Of a stretch of DNA of 64,000 nt, positions 24,839-39,420 are shown in pieces. The notes beneath the pieces are model-generated. The model was not told the origin of the DNA, did no database searches, and worked only from the letters and a program-made list of their open reading frames with translations. The number at the start of each line of letters is the position of its first letter. Positions within the stretch are counted from its first letter, which is position 1. Made by a program: the position numbers and the translations under genes. Source of the DNA: Octopus bimaculoides (Eukaryota); contig NC_068987.1 in the NCBI RefSeq assembly GCF_001194135.2, positions 1,213,518 through 1,277,517 on the forward strand, written 5' to 3'.

Positions 24839-25496
24839 AATATATATATTTATAGATAGATAGATAAGACATATATATATATATATATATACATGCATGC
24901 ATACATACATACATGCATATATATCTATAAATACGTACACAAATACATACTNNNNNNNNNNNNNNNNNNNNNNNNNNNNNNNNNNNNNNNNNNNNNNNNN
25001 NNNNNNNNNNNNNNNNNNNNNNNNNNNNNNNNNNNNNNNNNNNNNNNNNNNNNNNNNNNNNNNNNNNNNNNNNNNNNNNNNNNNNNNNNNNNNNNNNNNN
25101 NNNNNNNNNNNNNNNNNNNNNNNNNNNNNNNNNNNNNNNNNNNNNNNNNNNNNNNNNNNNNNNNNNNNNNNNNNNNNNNNNNNNNNNNNNNNNNNNNNNN
25201 NNNNNNNNNNNNNNNNNNNNNNNNNNNNNNNNNNNNNNNNNNNNNNNNNNNNNNNNNNNNNNNNNNNNNNNNNNNNNNNNNNNNNNNNNNNNNNNNNNNN
25301 NNNNNNNNNNNNNNNNNNNNNNNNNNNNNNNNNNNNNNNNNNNNNNNNNNNNNNNNNNNNNNNNNNNNNNNNNNNNNNNNNNNNNNNNNNNNNNNNNNNN
25401 NNNNNNNNNNNNNNNNNNNNNNNNNNNNNNNNNNNNNNNNNNNNNNNNNNNNNNNNNNNNNNNNNNNNNNNNNNNNNNNNNNNNNNNNNNNNNNNN

Positions 25497-25534
<38 letters not shown>

Positions 25535-27699
25535 TTTATCCAGCCAGACAATAAATGACCTTCTATCTGCTAGACATAGCAGTATATCTCAGTCCTTTTA
25601 CATCCTACTGTCATGTAAAAAGGAAGCGATCTTTGCATAATATAGTCTGTGATATACTTTTATAAACTTCAGTTATATCAAAGGCAAACGACTCCGATTG
25701 TTCAACAATAATCACACACACATACACACGCATATATACGTTTATGCACACGTAGATATGTATATATGTGTATGTATATATATTTATATACGTATATATA
25801 TATATTTATGTATATGTATGTTTCTAAGTATATATGCATACATATATGCATATATATGTGTATGTATAATATATATATATGCATATATATATATATTATA
25901 TAACATATATGTATATAGAATACACACACCCACACACGCCATATTGTGCAGGCAAATGGTGGATTAAACATTCAGCGAACAATTGGCAAGTCTCTTTAAA
26001 TGTTTTAGCGAGAAATTTCCACATTAGTCATGTATTACATATGTTATTTGGTGTGACACACTCTATCGACGTGTTCATGTTTCTTTTTCTTTTGTTACGT
26101 TTCATTTCTAACAACTGTTTTGATGGTCTGCTAATCGAATGGCTGATTCTACCATACTTGCTGCACATTAATTTGACATTTGATATTAACAAGTTATATT
26201 TCATATAATTTTCATAATTTAACAGAATGGTATTTTTACTTAGAACTTCCGCCAATTCTTTCTTCTTTTCCTTTCTTTTGTTCACTTACCGAGAACTATT
26301 AATCATTTTAATAGAAATATGTGTCGAAACAACAGATTCTGTCTGTGTGTGTATGTCTGCATGTACGTTCGTGTATACATATATATATATATATATATAT
26401 ATANNNNNNNNNNNNNNNNNNNNNNNNNNNNNNNNNNNNNNNNNNNNNNNNNNNNNNNNNNNNNNNNNNNNNNNNNNNNNNNNNNNNNNNNNNNNNNNNN
26501 NNNNNNNNNNNNNNNNNNNNNNNNNNNNNNNNNNNNNNNNNNNNNNNNNNNNNNNNNNNNNNNNNNNNNNNNNNNNNNNNNNNNNNNNNNNNNNNNNNNN
26601 NNNNNNNNNNNNNNNNNNNNNNNNNNNNNNNNNNNNNNNNNNNNNNNNNNNNNNNNNNNNNNNNNNNNNNNNNNNNNNNNNNNNNNNNNNNNNNNNNNNN
26701 NNNNNNNNNNNNNNNNNNNNNNNNNNNNNNNNNNNNNNNNNNNNNNNNNNNNNNNNNNNNNNNNNNNNNNNNNNNNNNNNNNNNNNNATATATATATACA
26801 TACATACATACATGTGTACATACATATATATATAGGCGTATATATATGCATGAATATGTCCGCTGGCATACAAATGTTTGTACATATGTCCATTGTATAT
26901 ACATATATAAAATTGCATACATCTATATGTGCGCATCTATCAATCTTTAAATATATACATCTGTGTGTGCGTGTGTGTATGCATATAAGTATGCGTATAT
27001 GTATGCATGTAGTATAAATATACATATATATATGTGTATATAACCAAGTAATCTTAAATATAACTCGATGCCGTTCCTATGTCCATCACCTCCTGTGCGC
27101 ATTTACGTATTTATATTCAACACATTCACACACAACAAACATACACACGCACACACACACACACGCACACACTCTAACACGCAGGCACACACACACGCAC
27201 ACACTCTAACACGCAGGCACACACTCTCCAACACGTGCACACACACACACACACGCACGCACACTAACGCACACACCCATATTACACGCGCACGCAGATG
27301 TATTTTTGTGGTGGTGCATGTATGGATGGTAATCGCCATTTGCTGTCTCACTCTACATCCATCAACGAATGCAGTATTTGACGCAGTTAAACGGAATAAT
27401 TAATTATTTTGGCAAAAATGCTGACTGCATCCGGTGTACATGCGTCTTACTTCCTTGAAACATGTAGGAGAAACCTGTTTGAAATTCTTTAAAAGAAGTT
27501 AATCGTTTGTAGTCATCAGGTTTACAAGATAATTAAATACATACATCCATAGATATTCATATATATATACAAACATACATATATGTATATACATATATAT
27601 ATGCATGTATATAGTATTCATATATATACACATATACACACACATATATATATACACACATACACACACACACGTGTGTGTGTGTGTGTGTGTACACAC

Positions 27700-27816
27700 A
27701 CGACGGTCTTCTTTCAGTTTCTGTAAACCAAATCCACTCACAAGACTTTGGTCGGTCCATAACAAAAAGCCATTTGCCCAAGGTACTGTGCAGAGGGATG
27801 AGATCGGGAACCGCGT
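27700..27816 (-). mobile_element. Family C SINE 5' fragment
   Basis: CGACGG.CTTCTTTCAGTTTC...CCAAATCCACTCACAAG.CTTTGGTCGG...TTGCCCAAGGT. Confidence 0.75.
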
Positions 27817-27934
27817 GTGTGTGTGTTTTTGTGCCTGTGTCTTTCCCACCATTGCCTGGGAACCGGTGTTGGTGTGTTTATCTCTGTAATTTAGCGATTC
27901 GTTAATAGAAGCTGATTGAATAAGTACGAGCATT

Positions 27935-28030
27935 TAAAAGGAAAAGATGCTGGTATCGATTCATTCGACTAAAAATTCAGCACGGTGGTGCCCCAGCATG
28001 GCCGTAGTCTGACTGAGACAAGTAAAAGAC
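27935..28030 (+). mobile_element. SINE 3' tail fragment (family C-type tail)
   Basis: TCGATTCATTCGACTAAA...GGTGCCCCAGCATGGCCGTAGTC...GACTGAGACAAGTAAAAGA. Confidence 0.65.
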
Positions 28031-28922
28031 AATGGATATCTTTAGGGTTTGTAGTTTGAGGAGGGGTGAGATGTCTGTGTGTAATGTTTTGTCTATTGTT
28101 GGTATGACAACGCCACCTGCGTTTGTTTTAAGAATTTACAAATTTGAGTGGGAATGAAAAACATTAGCCTCAATCTGTCTCAATACTTGCTAACGTGACC
28201 CAGGTGGATGGTGTTAAGCCTGGTACCAGAATTTGTCGGGCATCGGAAGAAAAGAATGACACTAGTATCTGAATTCTACCAAATTTTACTGACAAGATTT
28301 GGGTCAATCTTAGAGGAACTTGCTCAAGACGTCGCACACTCAGAATCCAAAATCACGTAATGATCGAACCAATTTTGTTCGAGAAATAACAGCCAAATAT
28401 CCCTCAATTCACACTCTGTAATCGTAAAACTACCTCAGACAGTGTAGTCCGAATGTACACAACGTAATACGTAGAAAAAAGAAGCGATAAAGCATAACAA
28501 CAGGAACAAGAACACCAACAAGAGTAACAACGTTAATGTACACGAACTGACACCAACAAAAGCACCACGAATATGAGGACGAAGCACAAGAACAATAACA
28601 GAAAGAACAATAAAAATAATACAAAGAACAACAAAGAAAAACCGCAAAAAACAACAACAACCCCTAAGACATGAACGACACTAGAATTTCCTTAAAAGAG
28701 ATTGGTTCTATGTGATGGTCACGTCAGCTTCAATAACATGGCTTTCTTTATGTGAAAGAAATCTTGCATCTTCTAAGAATGTAAGAATGAGAGAATAAAA
28801 GAATGCAGGAATATAAACTGCAAAAACAATCATAGATACAAGCCGTTCTATGTTGTTATATTTCTAATGTTGCCTTGTTCGAGAATCTCACTAACCTTGC
28901 CTCCATATCTTCTCTCTCTCCC

Positions 28923-28967
<45 letters not shown>

Positions 28968-29199
28968 AGCAAGATTCATTACAGTTATTTTTTATACACT
29001 CTTCGTGTTTGTATTTGTTTTGTTTTCTTTACTTGTTCTTTCTTCATTTTTCTTTTCGTTTTTACATTTTATGTCGGGTTTCTCCATCGCACACACACCA
29101 CATACAAATACTTACTTTGCGCACACGATATACACCCATACACATATAGAGACACATATTTCCTTCACTCATACACACACACACACACACACACACACT

Positions 29200-29360
29200 T
29201 TCTCTCTCTCTTTCTTTCTCTTTCTTTCTCTCTCTCTCTTTCTTTCTTTCTCTCTTTTTCTTTCTCTCTCTCTTTCTTTCTCTCTCTTTCTTTCTCTGTC
29301 TCTCTTTCTTTCTCTCTCTCTTTCTTTCTCTCTCTCTCTTTTATTCTTTCTCTCTCCCTC
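29200..29360. repeat. (CT)n/(CTTT)n polypyrimidine tract
   Basis: Direct reading. Confidence 0.9.
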
Positions 29361-29655
29361 CCTCCCCCCTTTCCATCTTTCTCTCCCTGAACATTCCACC
29401 CTCGGAAACATTTACTGTATCATACTTCGTGGCACGAAACCGTCATCCTCACCATCACCCCATCAACATTAACACGATCATCCTCACCATCACCGCCTCC
29501 ACCATCCTCACCTCCACCACCACCACCGTCTCGTCCTCATCATGGTGATCATCATCATCGTTGTCTTTATCTTTACTTCTAGCATCAATCCCTCCTCCTC
29601 ATTTTCAGTATAATCAAAATAAAACTACCCCTTAACTCGCACTACCCATTGTGGT

Positions 29656-30012
29656 TATTTGTTTCAGCCATTTAACTACGGCCATGCTGGAGCAAAGCCT
29701 TTGGTCGAACAGATCGACCCCAGGAATTATTCTCTGTATTCTAACGGTTCTTTTGCCGAACTGTTAGAATACAGGAACGTGAACACACCAACATCGGTTG
29801 ACAAGTGATGGTGGGGTGACACACACACACACACACATATATATACACACGATCGGCTTCTATCAATTTCCGTCTACCAAATCCACTCACAAGGCTTTGG
29901 TCGGCCCGAGGCTATAGAAGAAAACACTTGCCCAAGGTGCGACGCAGTGGGACTGAACCCGGAACCATGTAATTGGTAAGCAAGCTACATATCACACACC
30001 CACTCCTGCGCC
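29656..30012 (-). mobile_element. Family C SINE, full length
   Basis: Reverse complement starts GGCGCAGGAGTGG, has GGTTCCGGGTTCAGTCCCACTGCG and ends GCTCCAGCATGGCCGTAGTT...GAAACAAATA; colinear with 54991-55360. Confidence 0.88.
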
Positions 30013-30106
30013 TATGCATACATATACACCCACATATCTATTTATTCGCACACACACACACATACACACACATATATATATATTCCTATACTCACATGCG
30101 CGCACG

Positions 30107-30137
<31 letters not shown>

Positions 30138-31021
30138 CCACATGCGCGCAGGTATACACACGCACACACACACACACACACACACGACATCTGTGTTTGT
30201 GTGTATAGATGTTTATATGAATTGTACTCCATCACACTGAAGTTTGGCAACCTACTTCATCTGTTCTCCGTAAAATATCACAACACACAGAGACACACAC
30301 TCACGCACACACACAGACGCACACACACAACCCCCCCCCACACAACACAAACAAACAACGTGCTGTTATAAGACTTTCTTTAATCTTTAAGGAAGATATA
30401 AATTCTCCGGATTGTTACGCGCGTGCACACAAACATAGGGTCGCACAAATATATAAAGCATCATTTAAACTTCAGAGTTTATTATGTGATATAGTATACT
30501 AATGTCCTCGCTTGCACTGAGCAGTGTCCCGATGCCTGGCGTCAATGAGCTTTTTACTCAGTCCATCGGATATTATGATTCCATTTCATTTGTTTTTAAA
30601 AACGTTTGACGAGAAGAAATTTGAATGACTATCTGGTTGTTATTACCAGGAGATGAAGATACCACGTCGAGTCCCAAACGTAGGGTCATGTGTTGATGAA
30701 GTAGATATCTCAATTCTCCCCCTGGCAATAATGACTCATCAATATCTTCATTGTTAGTATTGCTATATTACAGACAGGTTTCGGTTACTATTTAAAATAA
30801 ATGTTTGCTGTGCTGTGTACACATAATGACAACATATAATTTTCTAGCCTTTGGTTAGTGACAGGTTAAATTTAACTAAACAGTTTTGTTTGATATTCTT
30901 TCGATAAATATTGATTTCTTTCCATATACTAAGCATTTAAGAAACGATAAGAAAAACACCCTAATATATATATAGAGAGAGAGAGAGAGGGAGAGAGAGA
31001 GAGAGAGAGAGAGATCTGCAT

Positions 31022-31190
31022 AGGAACAGGCGTGGCATTATAGCAAGAAGTTTGCTTCCCAACTACATGGTTCCAGGTTCTGTCCAACTGCGTGTCGTCT
31101 TAGCAAGTGTTTTCTCCTATAGTCTCTCCGATCTACCAATACCTTGTACGTAGATTTGGTAATGGAAACCGAAAGAAGCCCGTCGTATAT
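31022..31190 (+). mobile_element. Family C SINE 5' half
   Basis: GGCGTGGC...CCAACTACATGGTTCCAGGTTC...GCAAGTGTTTTCT...GATTTGGTA...GAAAGAAGCCCGTCG then TA-rich tract. Confidence 0.75.
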
Positions 31191-32509
31191 GCATATATAT
31201 ATATGCATATATAGTTTATATATATATATATATACCTCATTAAAAGGGCAGCGAAAATATCAGTAAAACTGTGGNNNNNNNNNNATATATATATCTTGGA
31301 AATGGATGCGTGGCGTTCCATAAAATAACCATATGAAAAAATAAAGTGTGCATGTATGTATATATATATATATATACCTCATTAAAAGGGCAGCGAAAAT
31401 ATCAGTAAAACTGTGGCATATAAGGTTCGATAAAACTACCTGTGAAGGACTGATGTACTGACTACGGTGGAGGATAAAGAACGACTTTATTAAAGATTCT
31501 GTTAGAATCTGTCTGTCAGGCAAATTTTAATAGAATATGAATTTATCGTCTACGATATTCTGCACATCACACAATTCCTTACGAAAGCAAATATTTATCT
31601 TTTAGTTTAACTCTTGAATCGAACCGTAAACTGAAACAGTGGAATAACCTTTTTAATTATTTATGAACATTTCATATACCAAACACTGACACCTTTGTTA
31701 GATATCTTGGTTACCTCCACTGCAGTAGTAGTAGTAGTAGCAGCAGCAATCATTGTTAGTGATGGAGGTGGTTATAATATTCATCAAACGTGATTGATAA
31801 GAATCTACGATCAAAAGTGACCCAGCCGTGACCGTCACATCTTAATGTACCTTTCGTAGTGCATCGATGACTGTATCTCCTATTTTGCCTTCCTTTATTG
31901 GCGTTTGCCTTGCCCTCAGTCAGCTGTGATCTATCAGACCGTTAATCAAATATAATCAGCTCATGTTAATCCCATATTTATTCATTCTTAATCCTTCTCA
32001 ACCCACACTATTCTATCTTGTTTCTCCATTTACAGTAATTGGACATGATTTTAGAAACGGTCAGCTACTGTTTCTAGCAGAAGAGGCGACCTCATAGTGG
32101 TTCCTATGTAAATCTTTCGGGATGAATTAAATTCAACATTTTAATTAATTTTTTAAAATTGATTATGTCATTTTAATTAACGTCGACTAAATGTATCTTG
32201 TGATTTATTAGGATTATGTCTATAGGCATAATTTGATACTCTTCTTTGCTCCATATTCTGGATATCGTTTCTATCAAAATGGTTAATTTATGTTCGTCTT
32301 CACTTAGATTAAAAACCTATTTGACATCAGGGAGTCTTAGGAGATGCTCATATCTACCAAAACTTTCTGTATGTTATATATATTCGTAAGTCCTGGTGTT
32401 TTGGTTACGTATTTTCTCTCATTTTTATACAGTCTTTCTGTTTTTAGGCTCCATATTCGGGTTATCTCCATTTCGAGATCTTTGTATAGTGTGAGTTTCT
32501 CAGTTACTT

Positions 32510-32615
32510 TAAGTGATACTTCGTCTGCCGTTACGTTCTGAGTTCAAATTCCACCGATGTAAACAACTAGTCCCCTCCCTACAAATTTCAGGCTTTGTGC
32601 CTTTATTAGAAAGGA
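32510..32615 (+). mobile_element. Family A SINE fragment (internal deletion)
   Basis: TCGTCTGCCGTTACGTTCTGAGTTCAAATTCCACCG and tail CAAATTTCAGGCTTTGTGCCTTTATTAGAAAGG. Confidence 0.7.
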
Positions 32616-33320
32616 TTATTGTTGTTGCTGTTGTTGTCTAGGCGACGTGTTGATAAAATCGTTAAAGCGTCGGGGAAAATGACTAGCAGAATTACTTGGG
32701 TCTCAAGACTACGGGCCTTGGGTCAGAATTATCATTATTCTGTAACGTTTGGACAGAGGCGGCAGCAGCAGCTTAGTAACAATAATACGAAATATGCTTA
32801 GTTACCGAACATTCTATAATATTCACAGATCTGGGGAAAGCACAAAACAGCTGAAACTATTTATATTTCAGTGAAATAGTTGACATAATATCTATTTATA
32901 TATTTACATATTCACTTCGTGTTTGTTTGTTATGAATTCCGAACGGAATCAAAAGATCTAAAGACCAAATCAATTTATTTCATTTTCTACATTACACTAG
33001 AGTTTTACTGAAATATTCACACCAACTTCACGATTCCATTCTTGCAGTGTTTTGTTTATTGGTCTTTTGGCGTTCTTCTTGTTGCTGTCTTTATACAGAG
33101 AAGAGGCAAAGAAACGATGCGTCCCTTAACGGCCATTTCTCTGAATGAGAAACTTTTAAAATATGAGAAGATTGCAACGTTTTTGTGAATGGTTATTGAT
33201 ATCAGCTCAACACACGTGCACGCGCGTACACACACATACACATATACACACGCACACAAACCACACCCTCATACCCCCCCATTCATACATCCACAGATAT
33301 ACACATATAGCTATCAATCT

Positions 33321-33399
<79 letters not shown>

Positions 33400-34254
33400 C
33401 TACCTTTCTCCTTTCGCTTAATATTTTATATAAATATCGTGTTATATTCCAAAATACAGTTTAGGGAGTTTGTTAGTGCTTAGTAGCAGGGCTGTCTTAA
33501 ATATATGAGATGCAGTCGAATGATTGTGGGTATAAATGCATGACTAGTTAACAAGATTCTCTATTTCATCTCCAAAAGTCGTGCAAGCGTGCATGCATGC
33601 CTGGCTTTCTATATAGGTCAACAACACTCCCCTAAATGTTAGAATTGTGCTGCAACGGGCACCAGGGATAAACGTTCGTTTATCAGCCGTAACGTGCCAC
33701 GTGTATAAGGACATTACAACGGTAGTTATTGATACTTTAGTGCAAGCATATCAACGACACTGATGAAACATATATATGTTTCACATTTATAGCTATGTGC
33801 CTACTCCGATGAGTAGGCACATAAATGTGAAACAAGATAAGAAAAAGTAGTACTCGAATACCGGAGATAATGTATTTCATTATCAAAGCTGCAAAAACAT
33901 GGAAAAATTATTACAAAAAGAAAAAAAATGCTGCTCAGTGTTTCACATTCCTGTTCAGCTGATCCGGGGCTCTGTACTCATGCCTGCAGTACCGTTTAGT
34001 CGCTCTGCACGCCTCTTAGGAAGTCCTGCTTTCTATGTAATGATAGCACAGAACTTCTACAGCCTGAAATGCCCGACTGGGAACAAATGAACACCTAGAA
34101 AACAACAACAACAATACCAAAAGGAACAACTTCAATAATATCCATTACTACAACAATGATATCAGCAATAGTTCTTTCTAATTGTGGCACAATGCCAGCA
34201 ATTTTGAGCGGTGATGGTTGTTAGTCCATTACATTGGCTCCAATTGTTCTCGGT

Positions 34255-34322
34255 TGAATTTGAACTCAGAACGTAAAGAACTGGAGGAAGTTCTCTGACG
34301 ATTCTGCCAGCTCACTACCTTA
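34255..34322 (-). mobile_element. Family A SINE head fragment
   Basis: Reverse complement AAGGTAGTGAGCTGGCAGAATCGT...TTTACGTTCTGAGTTCAAATTC. Confidence 0.65.
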
Positions 34323-35467
34323 GTAATGCTAATAGCAACAACAAGGTAACGGTAGCAGCAACCGCAACCCCAGCAACATTGCAGCACTAAGAACAGCAAC
34401 AACAGCAGCAGCAACAATAACCACATACAAATAACTGCAACAAACTCCACGAAACGAGGAAAAGAACGCCGACAAACCTAACATTAAAACACCTTCAGTA
34501 ATGACAACAATATCAAAAACAACAACGTCAACATCATGAAAAACATCAACAACAACTTCAACAGGAACATCAACAATAATATCTCCACCATCACCACCAC
34601 CAGTTCCATCAAATACTAAACATAGTAACTGTGTCTGTCAGAAACCTTGGAAACTATTCAATATTTTTGCTGTAAAGTGAACGATATTAGATGTGAGTTG
34701 TTTCATCGTAAAATGTTAATTATCTTCATATCTGGTTCTCCAATAATTTCTGTTTTTGTCTAGAAATAGAACCATAATTAACTTGTTACTAACTAGTCTG
34801 CACTTGGAGTCCCAAGTTGAAGAAATTGTCTCACTCCCTTGATGGTTTTAGCTATTGATTGTGTGCTATCAATGGCGCAGACCAGGACAACGAAAGATGG
34901 CCAAAACAAGATGAGCGCAATACTAAATATGGCGTTACATTTTGACTGTCGCTCCTATATGTTCTCCGTCTGATTACTGTTAATAGAGGGTTTATTTATT
35001 TTTTGGAAGGTTAATGCAAACTTTCCTGGTAACAATTTTTTCATATTCCTTAGAAAGAAGGACAAGTAATTTTTTTTCATTTTCTTTGGTGAATCTGGCG
35101 AAAGCAGCAGCGCTCATCATGTTTTCATTCTACCCGCCCCTAGGTTGGTGATCTTGATTCCGTTAATGATTCTTAGAAGCTGCTCCAACTCAAAACTTGT
35201 GCGAAAGACATGAGTTGGGAGAAAATTCCAAGGGAACGATATCCCCAGGAAAAAGGAAGTGAGGTGTCATTAATGCAAGTTGGGAGGATGGGAAAGAAAT
35301 GAGATTTTGGTCCTGACCTGAAGTGCCATTCTTTGACATATCACCTTGGCTACACTGAATTTATTCTCTCGCCAGTAGTGCCCCCCCCCCCCCGCTACCC
35401 AGTGACAGTCAGATCTACCTTTTGCAATAACTTGAAGGATCAAGCTGAGTGCCACTCATGTCCAGGA

Positions 35468-36249
35468 GGATGGGATGATAAGATGTAATTTCCTTGGTGT
35501 ATATAGGCTGCAGTGTCATTGGCTTCAACCACGGCCCCCTGATGACTTCGGAATCCCCTGCAACTCTTCTGGAGGGTCTCCTTGTTTCAGGTGTTGAATG
35601 CTGCCAGGATCCTTGCCTTCAGTTCATCGTTGGTGTTGCAAGGGGTTTTCTTGGTCTCTCGTTGAATTGCGCGTCACACATAATCAAGGGAATAGCAGTC
35701 TGGGGAGTTAGGTGGCCAGATTTTAGGGGAGACCTAGTCGCAGAAATGGTCTGACAGCCATGACTGGGTTCTCCTGCTTGTGCGGCAGGGTACAGAGTCC
35801 TGTTGCCAGACATAGGGTCTCCCAGCAATTACATTCTTGTCCCAGACAGTAGTACCTCTTCCATATTCTTGATGCAGGCCTCCGTGTTGAGTCTAAGGCC
35901 TTGTGGGAAGATGAATGGAGGCATAACCTCGCCATCACTAGTGATCACTCCAAACACCAGGATGTTGACTGGATGTTTGACTTTTATCACTCTCGATACA
36001 AGTCCTGAGATTGCTCTGTCCTCAAATTGACACCCAAACACTCTGAAATGTTCCAATTGGAGTGAATTCCAAACAGTATAGCATGTCATTTCCAAATTTC
36101 TAGCACCGAGAATTGCGTCATGGCGCTGTTTTTCTCATAGATGGTGTCCAAGTGACTCTACTATACTGTGTAGTCGAAAAAAAAAATCAAAAATAAGTAT
36201 TGCGCATGCGCTAAATATACAATGGCGACAATGTACCCATCCCATCCTG
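35468..36249 (-). mobile_element. Tc1/mariner (maT/DD37D-like) transposon remnant
   Basis: Minus strand gives VKHPVNILVFGVITSDGEVMPPFIFPQGLRLNTEACIK, followed by frameshifted C-terminal transposase-like sequence. Right end reads TA-CAGGATGGGATG on the minus strand, with GGATGGGATG at 35468-35477 as a possible degenerate opposite TIR. Confidence 0.85.
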
Positions 36250-36415
36250 TATTTATATACATATCTATATACATACACATATGTATATAGAGAGAAATAA
36301 AGAAGAGAGTGATTGAGTGAGAGACAAGCAGACAAAGACGGAGAGAGACGCACACACTAATCTGGATTAGTAAATTAGTAAAGAATGGAAGGCGCTTAAG
36401 CACAGATATAGGTAG

Positions 36416-36455
<40 letters not shown>

Positions 36456-37005
36456 GAGTACTTAGTTAAGTACATGGTATATACATACATATATATGTTA
36501 TACGTCTCTCTATACATATATTTACGCACGCAGATGGACTCAGCCTTGGAGTTCGATGTGTGGGCAAAAGTTAATGGTTGTTTGGCATTCTGCCGGATCT
36601 CTTTACACGCTGAAATAGCCGGTGAAGCAACAAAGGATTCCACAGACACCTCTCTTCAGATGATTCTAAGGTAGAAACAGTGTGACAGAATGGGGGGGGG
36701 ACAAGGCCATTCATTTGAGTGAGCTTCTACACAGTTTCCATTTGGATATTTCACTCGCAAATTTTGAACTGATGCGAGATTACGTTAATATTAACCTACG
36801 GAAGATGCTACGCACGGGATCGAACGTGCAGCAACATGATTGCTAAACGCTTATCCACTCAGCACCCACGTATAGACATAAATACACAGTGTCTAAAAGA
36901 TCAAAGTTTGATCAATGAAATCACAGTGGGAGTAAATGGGTGGCGGGTTTGTCCCTGCGCTAAATGATAATTAAGCGAAGCCCGTCAGGTATATGACTGA
37001 ACATA

Positions 37006-37060
<55 letters not shown>

Positions 37061-37373
37061 TTATATATGTATTTATATGAGATGGCGTTGCTGTGTATGC
37101 TGTATTGTATGTGCAAGTTTATGGAGATAATTATCGACTTCTAAACCTGATTGATTACGGCCTCAGTGAATAATGTTATTGATTTTCATTGAGGATTTAT
37201 ATTTCCAATTATTGTTCTTAATTTGTCAGGAACCAATCGCCTTTGGGCCAATTGGTTTGACTTTACATTGTGTACGTGTGTGTGTGTGTGCGAGTATACA
37301 TATATATACATTTATATACATCCATATATATCCATATATATATATATATATATACATACATACATACACATAT

Positions 37374-37426
<53 letters not shown>

Positions 37427-37884
37427 TATGTATATACATTATATATATATGTGTGTGTATATACACACTCACACACTATGCATCTATCTGTGTATTTGTA
37501 TATTTGTGCGTACGTTGGCATGTGTATGCATAGGTATATAACTATGCGTTTCAGTACCTGTATGTGTGTGTGTGGGTGTGTGTGTGGGTGTGTGTGTGTA
37601 GATTGTTTGTGTTTTTATTTGTTTATTCTATCAGTCGTGTCTAATTGACTTGTATGGATTAGAATGGACTTAAATTAGCAAACTATTCCATTAGAGACAG
37701 ATTTGTTGAACAGGCAGCACACACACATACACACACACACAGACACACACACATACAAACACACAAACACAAGTACACACATGTACAGACTCGTCTTTAA
37801 TTGCGTGTGACTTACATATATATATACATACACACATACATATAGACATACAAACACATATATGTGTGCGTGCAAACATACAGT

Positions 37885-37937
<53 letters not shown>

Positions 37938-38395
37938 NNNNNNNNNNNNNNNNNNNNNNNNNNNNNNNNNNNNNNNNNNNNNNNNNNNNNNNNNNNNNNN
38001 NNNNNNNNNNNNNNNNNNNNNNNNNNNNNNNNNNNNNNNNNNNNNNNNNNNNNNNNNNNNNNNNNNNNNNNNNNNNNNNNNNNNNNNNNNNNNNNNNNNN
38101 NNNNNNNNNNNNNNNNNNNNNNNNNNNNNNNNNNNNNNNNNNNNNNNNNNNNNNNNNNNNNNNNNNNNNNNNNNNNNNNNNNNNNNNNNNNNNNNNNNNN
38201 NNNNNNNNNNNNNNNNNNNNNNNNNNNNNNNNNNNNNNNNNNNNNNNNNNNNNNNNNNNNNNNNNNNNNNNNNNNNNNNNNNNNNNNNNNNNNNNNNNNN
38301 NNNNNNNNNNNNNNNNNNNNNNNNNNNNNNNNNNNNNNNNNNNNNNNNNNNNNNNNNNNNNNNNNNNNNNNNNNNNNNNNNNNNNNNNNNNNNNN

Positions 38396-38443
<48 letters not shown>

Positions 38444-39029
38444 GTATGTAGCTATGTACATGTGTGTGTATGTGTCTGTGTTTGTATATGTGTGTCTGAT
38501 TTAACATGGCGGTGTCTTCTGTCTGTGTGTGAGTATTTGTGTGTATTATTACGCCTGCATTATGTCATTTATGAGTGTTCCTTTATATTCTTCACTTCCT
38601 AATAACCTTCTCCACTTGATATTACCTAATTATCATGCTATGATATCTTTCTCTTTGATATTTCACCATTTCATTACAGTTTAATAACCTCTCATCCTTC
38701 CCTGGCTTACACAACGGTCTATGTCTAGAACTAACCTCTTCACTCACCGTCACAATCACTCCACCACACTTTTCTCGCTAATATTCACACACACACAAAC
38801 ACATCAAGTAGTTCCTTCAATTTATTTCAATACCTTTGAGAACAATAGCGTTGAATGTGAAGTATTTTTCTAATCGGAATTTAAATACACTTAAAGACTT
38901 CACTCTCTCTCTCTGTACATGTTCCTTTTAATATCTGTGTGTAATGATAATATAATTAGCTACGTGGTTCAGCATTTAGTTTCATTGTAACGAAGTTTCA
39001 TATTCGATCAGACTGCGATGCAGTGGCAT

Positions 39030-39146
39030 TGTGTTTTCCACCATTTACTTATGCAGACTGTGTGAAAAGCCATCGAATCGTATCTGTCTGTATGTCTGTC
39101 TGTCTATCTGTCTAGTTATTGATCTATCTATCTCTCTAGTTATCTA

Positions 39147-39184
<38 letters not shown>

Positions 39185-39186
39185 GC

Positions 39187-39253
<67 letters not shown>

Positions 39254-39420
39254 CTTTCTGTCTGTCTGTCTGTGTATCTCTCTGTTCTTCTGCATACCGA
39301 ATTATCTATTTATCTCTATATCTGCCTGTTTGTACGTATGTTTCTCTGTCTCTATGTCTGTCTGTTTCTCTGTCTCTGTGTCTGTCTGTTTGTCTGTCTG
39401 TTTATCTGTGTGTGTGTGTG
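39030..39420. repeat. (TCTA)n/(TC)n/(TCTG)n compound microsatellite
   Basis: Direct reading. Confidence 0.88.

Noticed and set aside
24893-27025. Long ORFs in the track (also at 6987-8166, 37691-38507, 40560-41348, 50083-51113, 54921-55742, 62617-63342)
   Set aside because: They are read-throughs of N gaps and (TA)n/(CA)n runs (X and YIYI/HTHT translations), not coding sequence.
31214-31416. Direct repeat TACCTCATTAAAAGGGCAGCGAAAATATCAGTAAAACTGTGG on both sides of a 10-N gap
   Set aside because: Most likely an unmerged contig overlap (assembly artefact), not a biological duplication or TSD.
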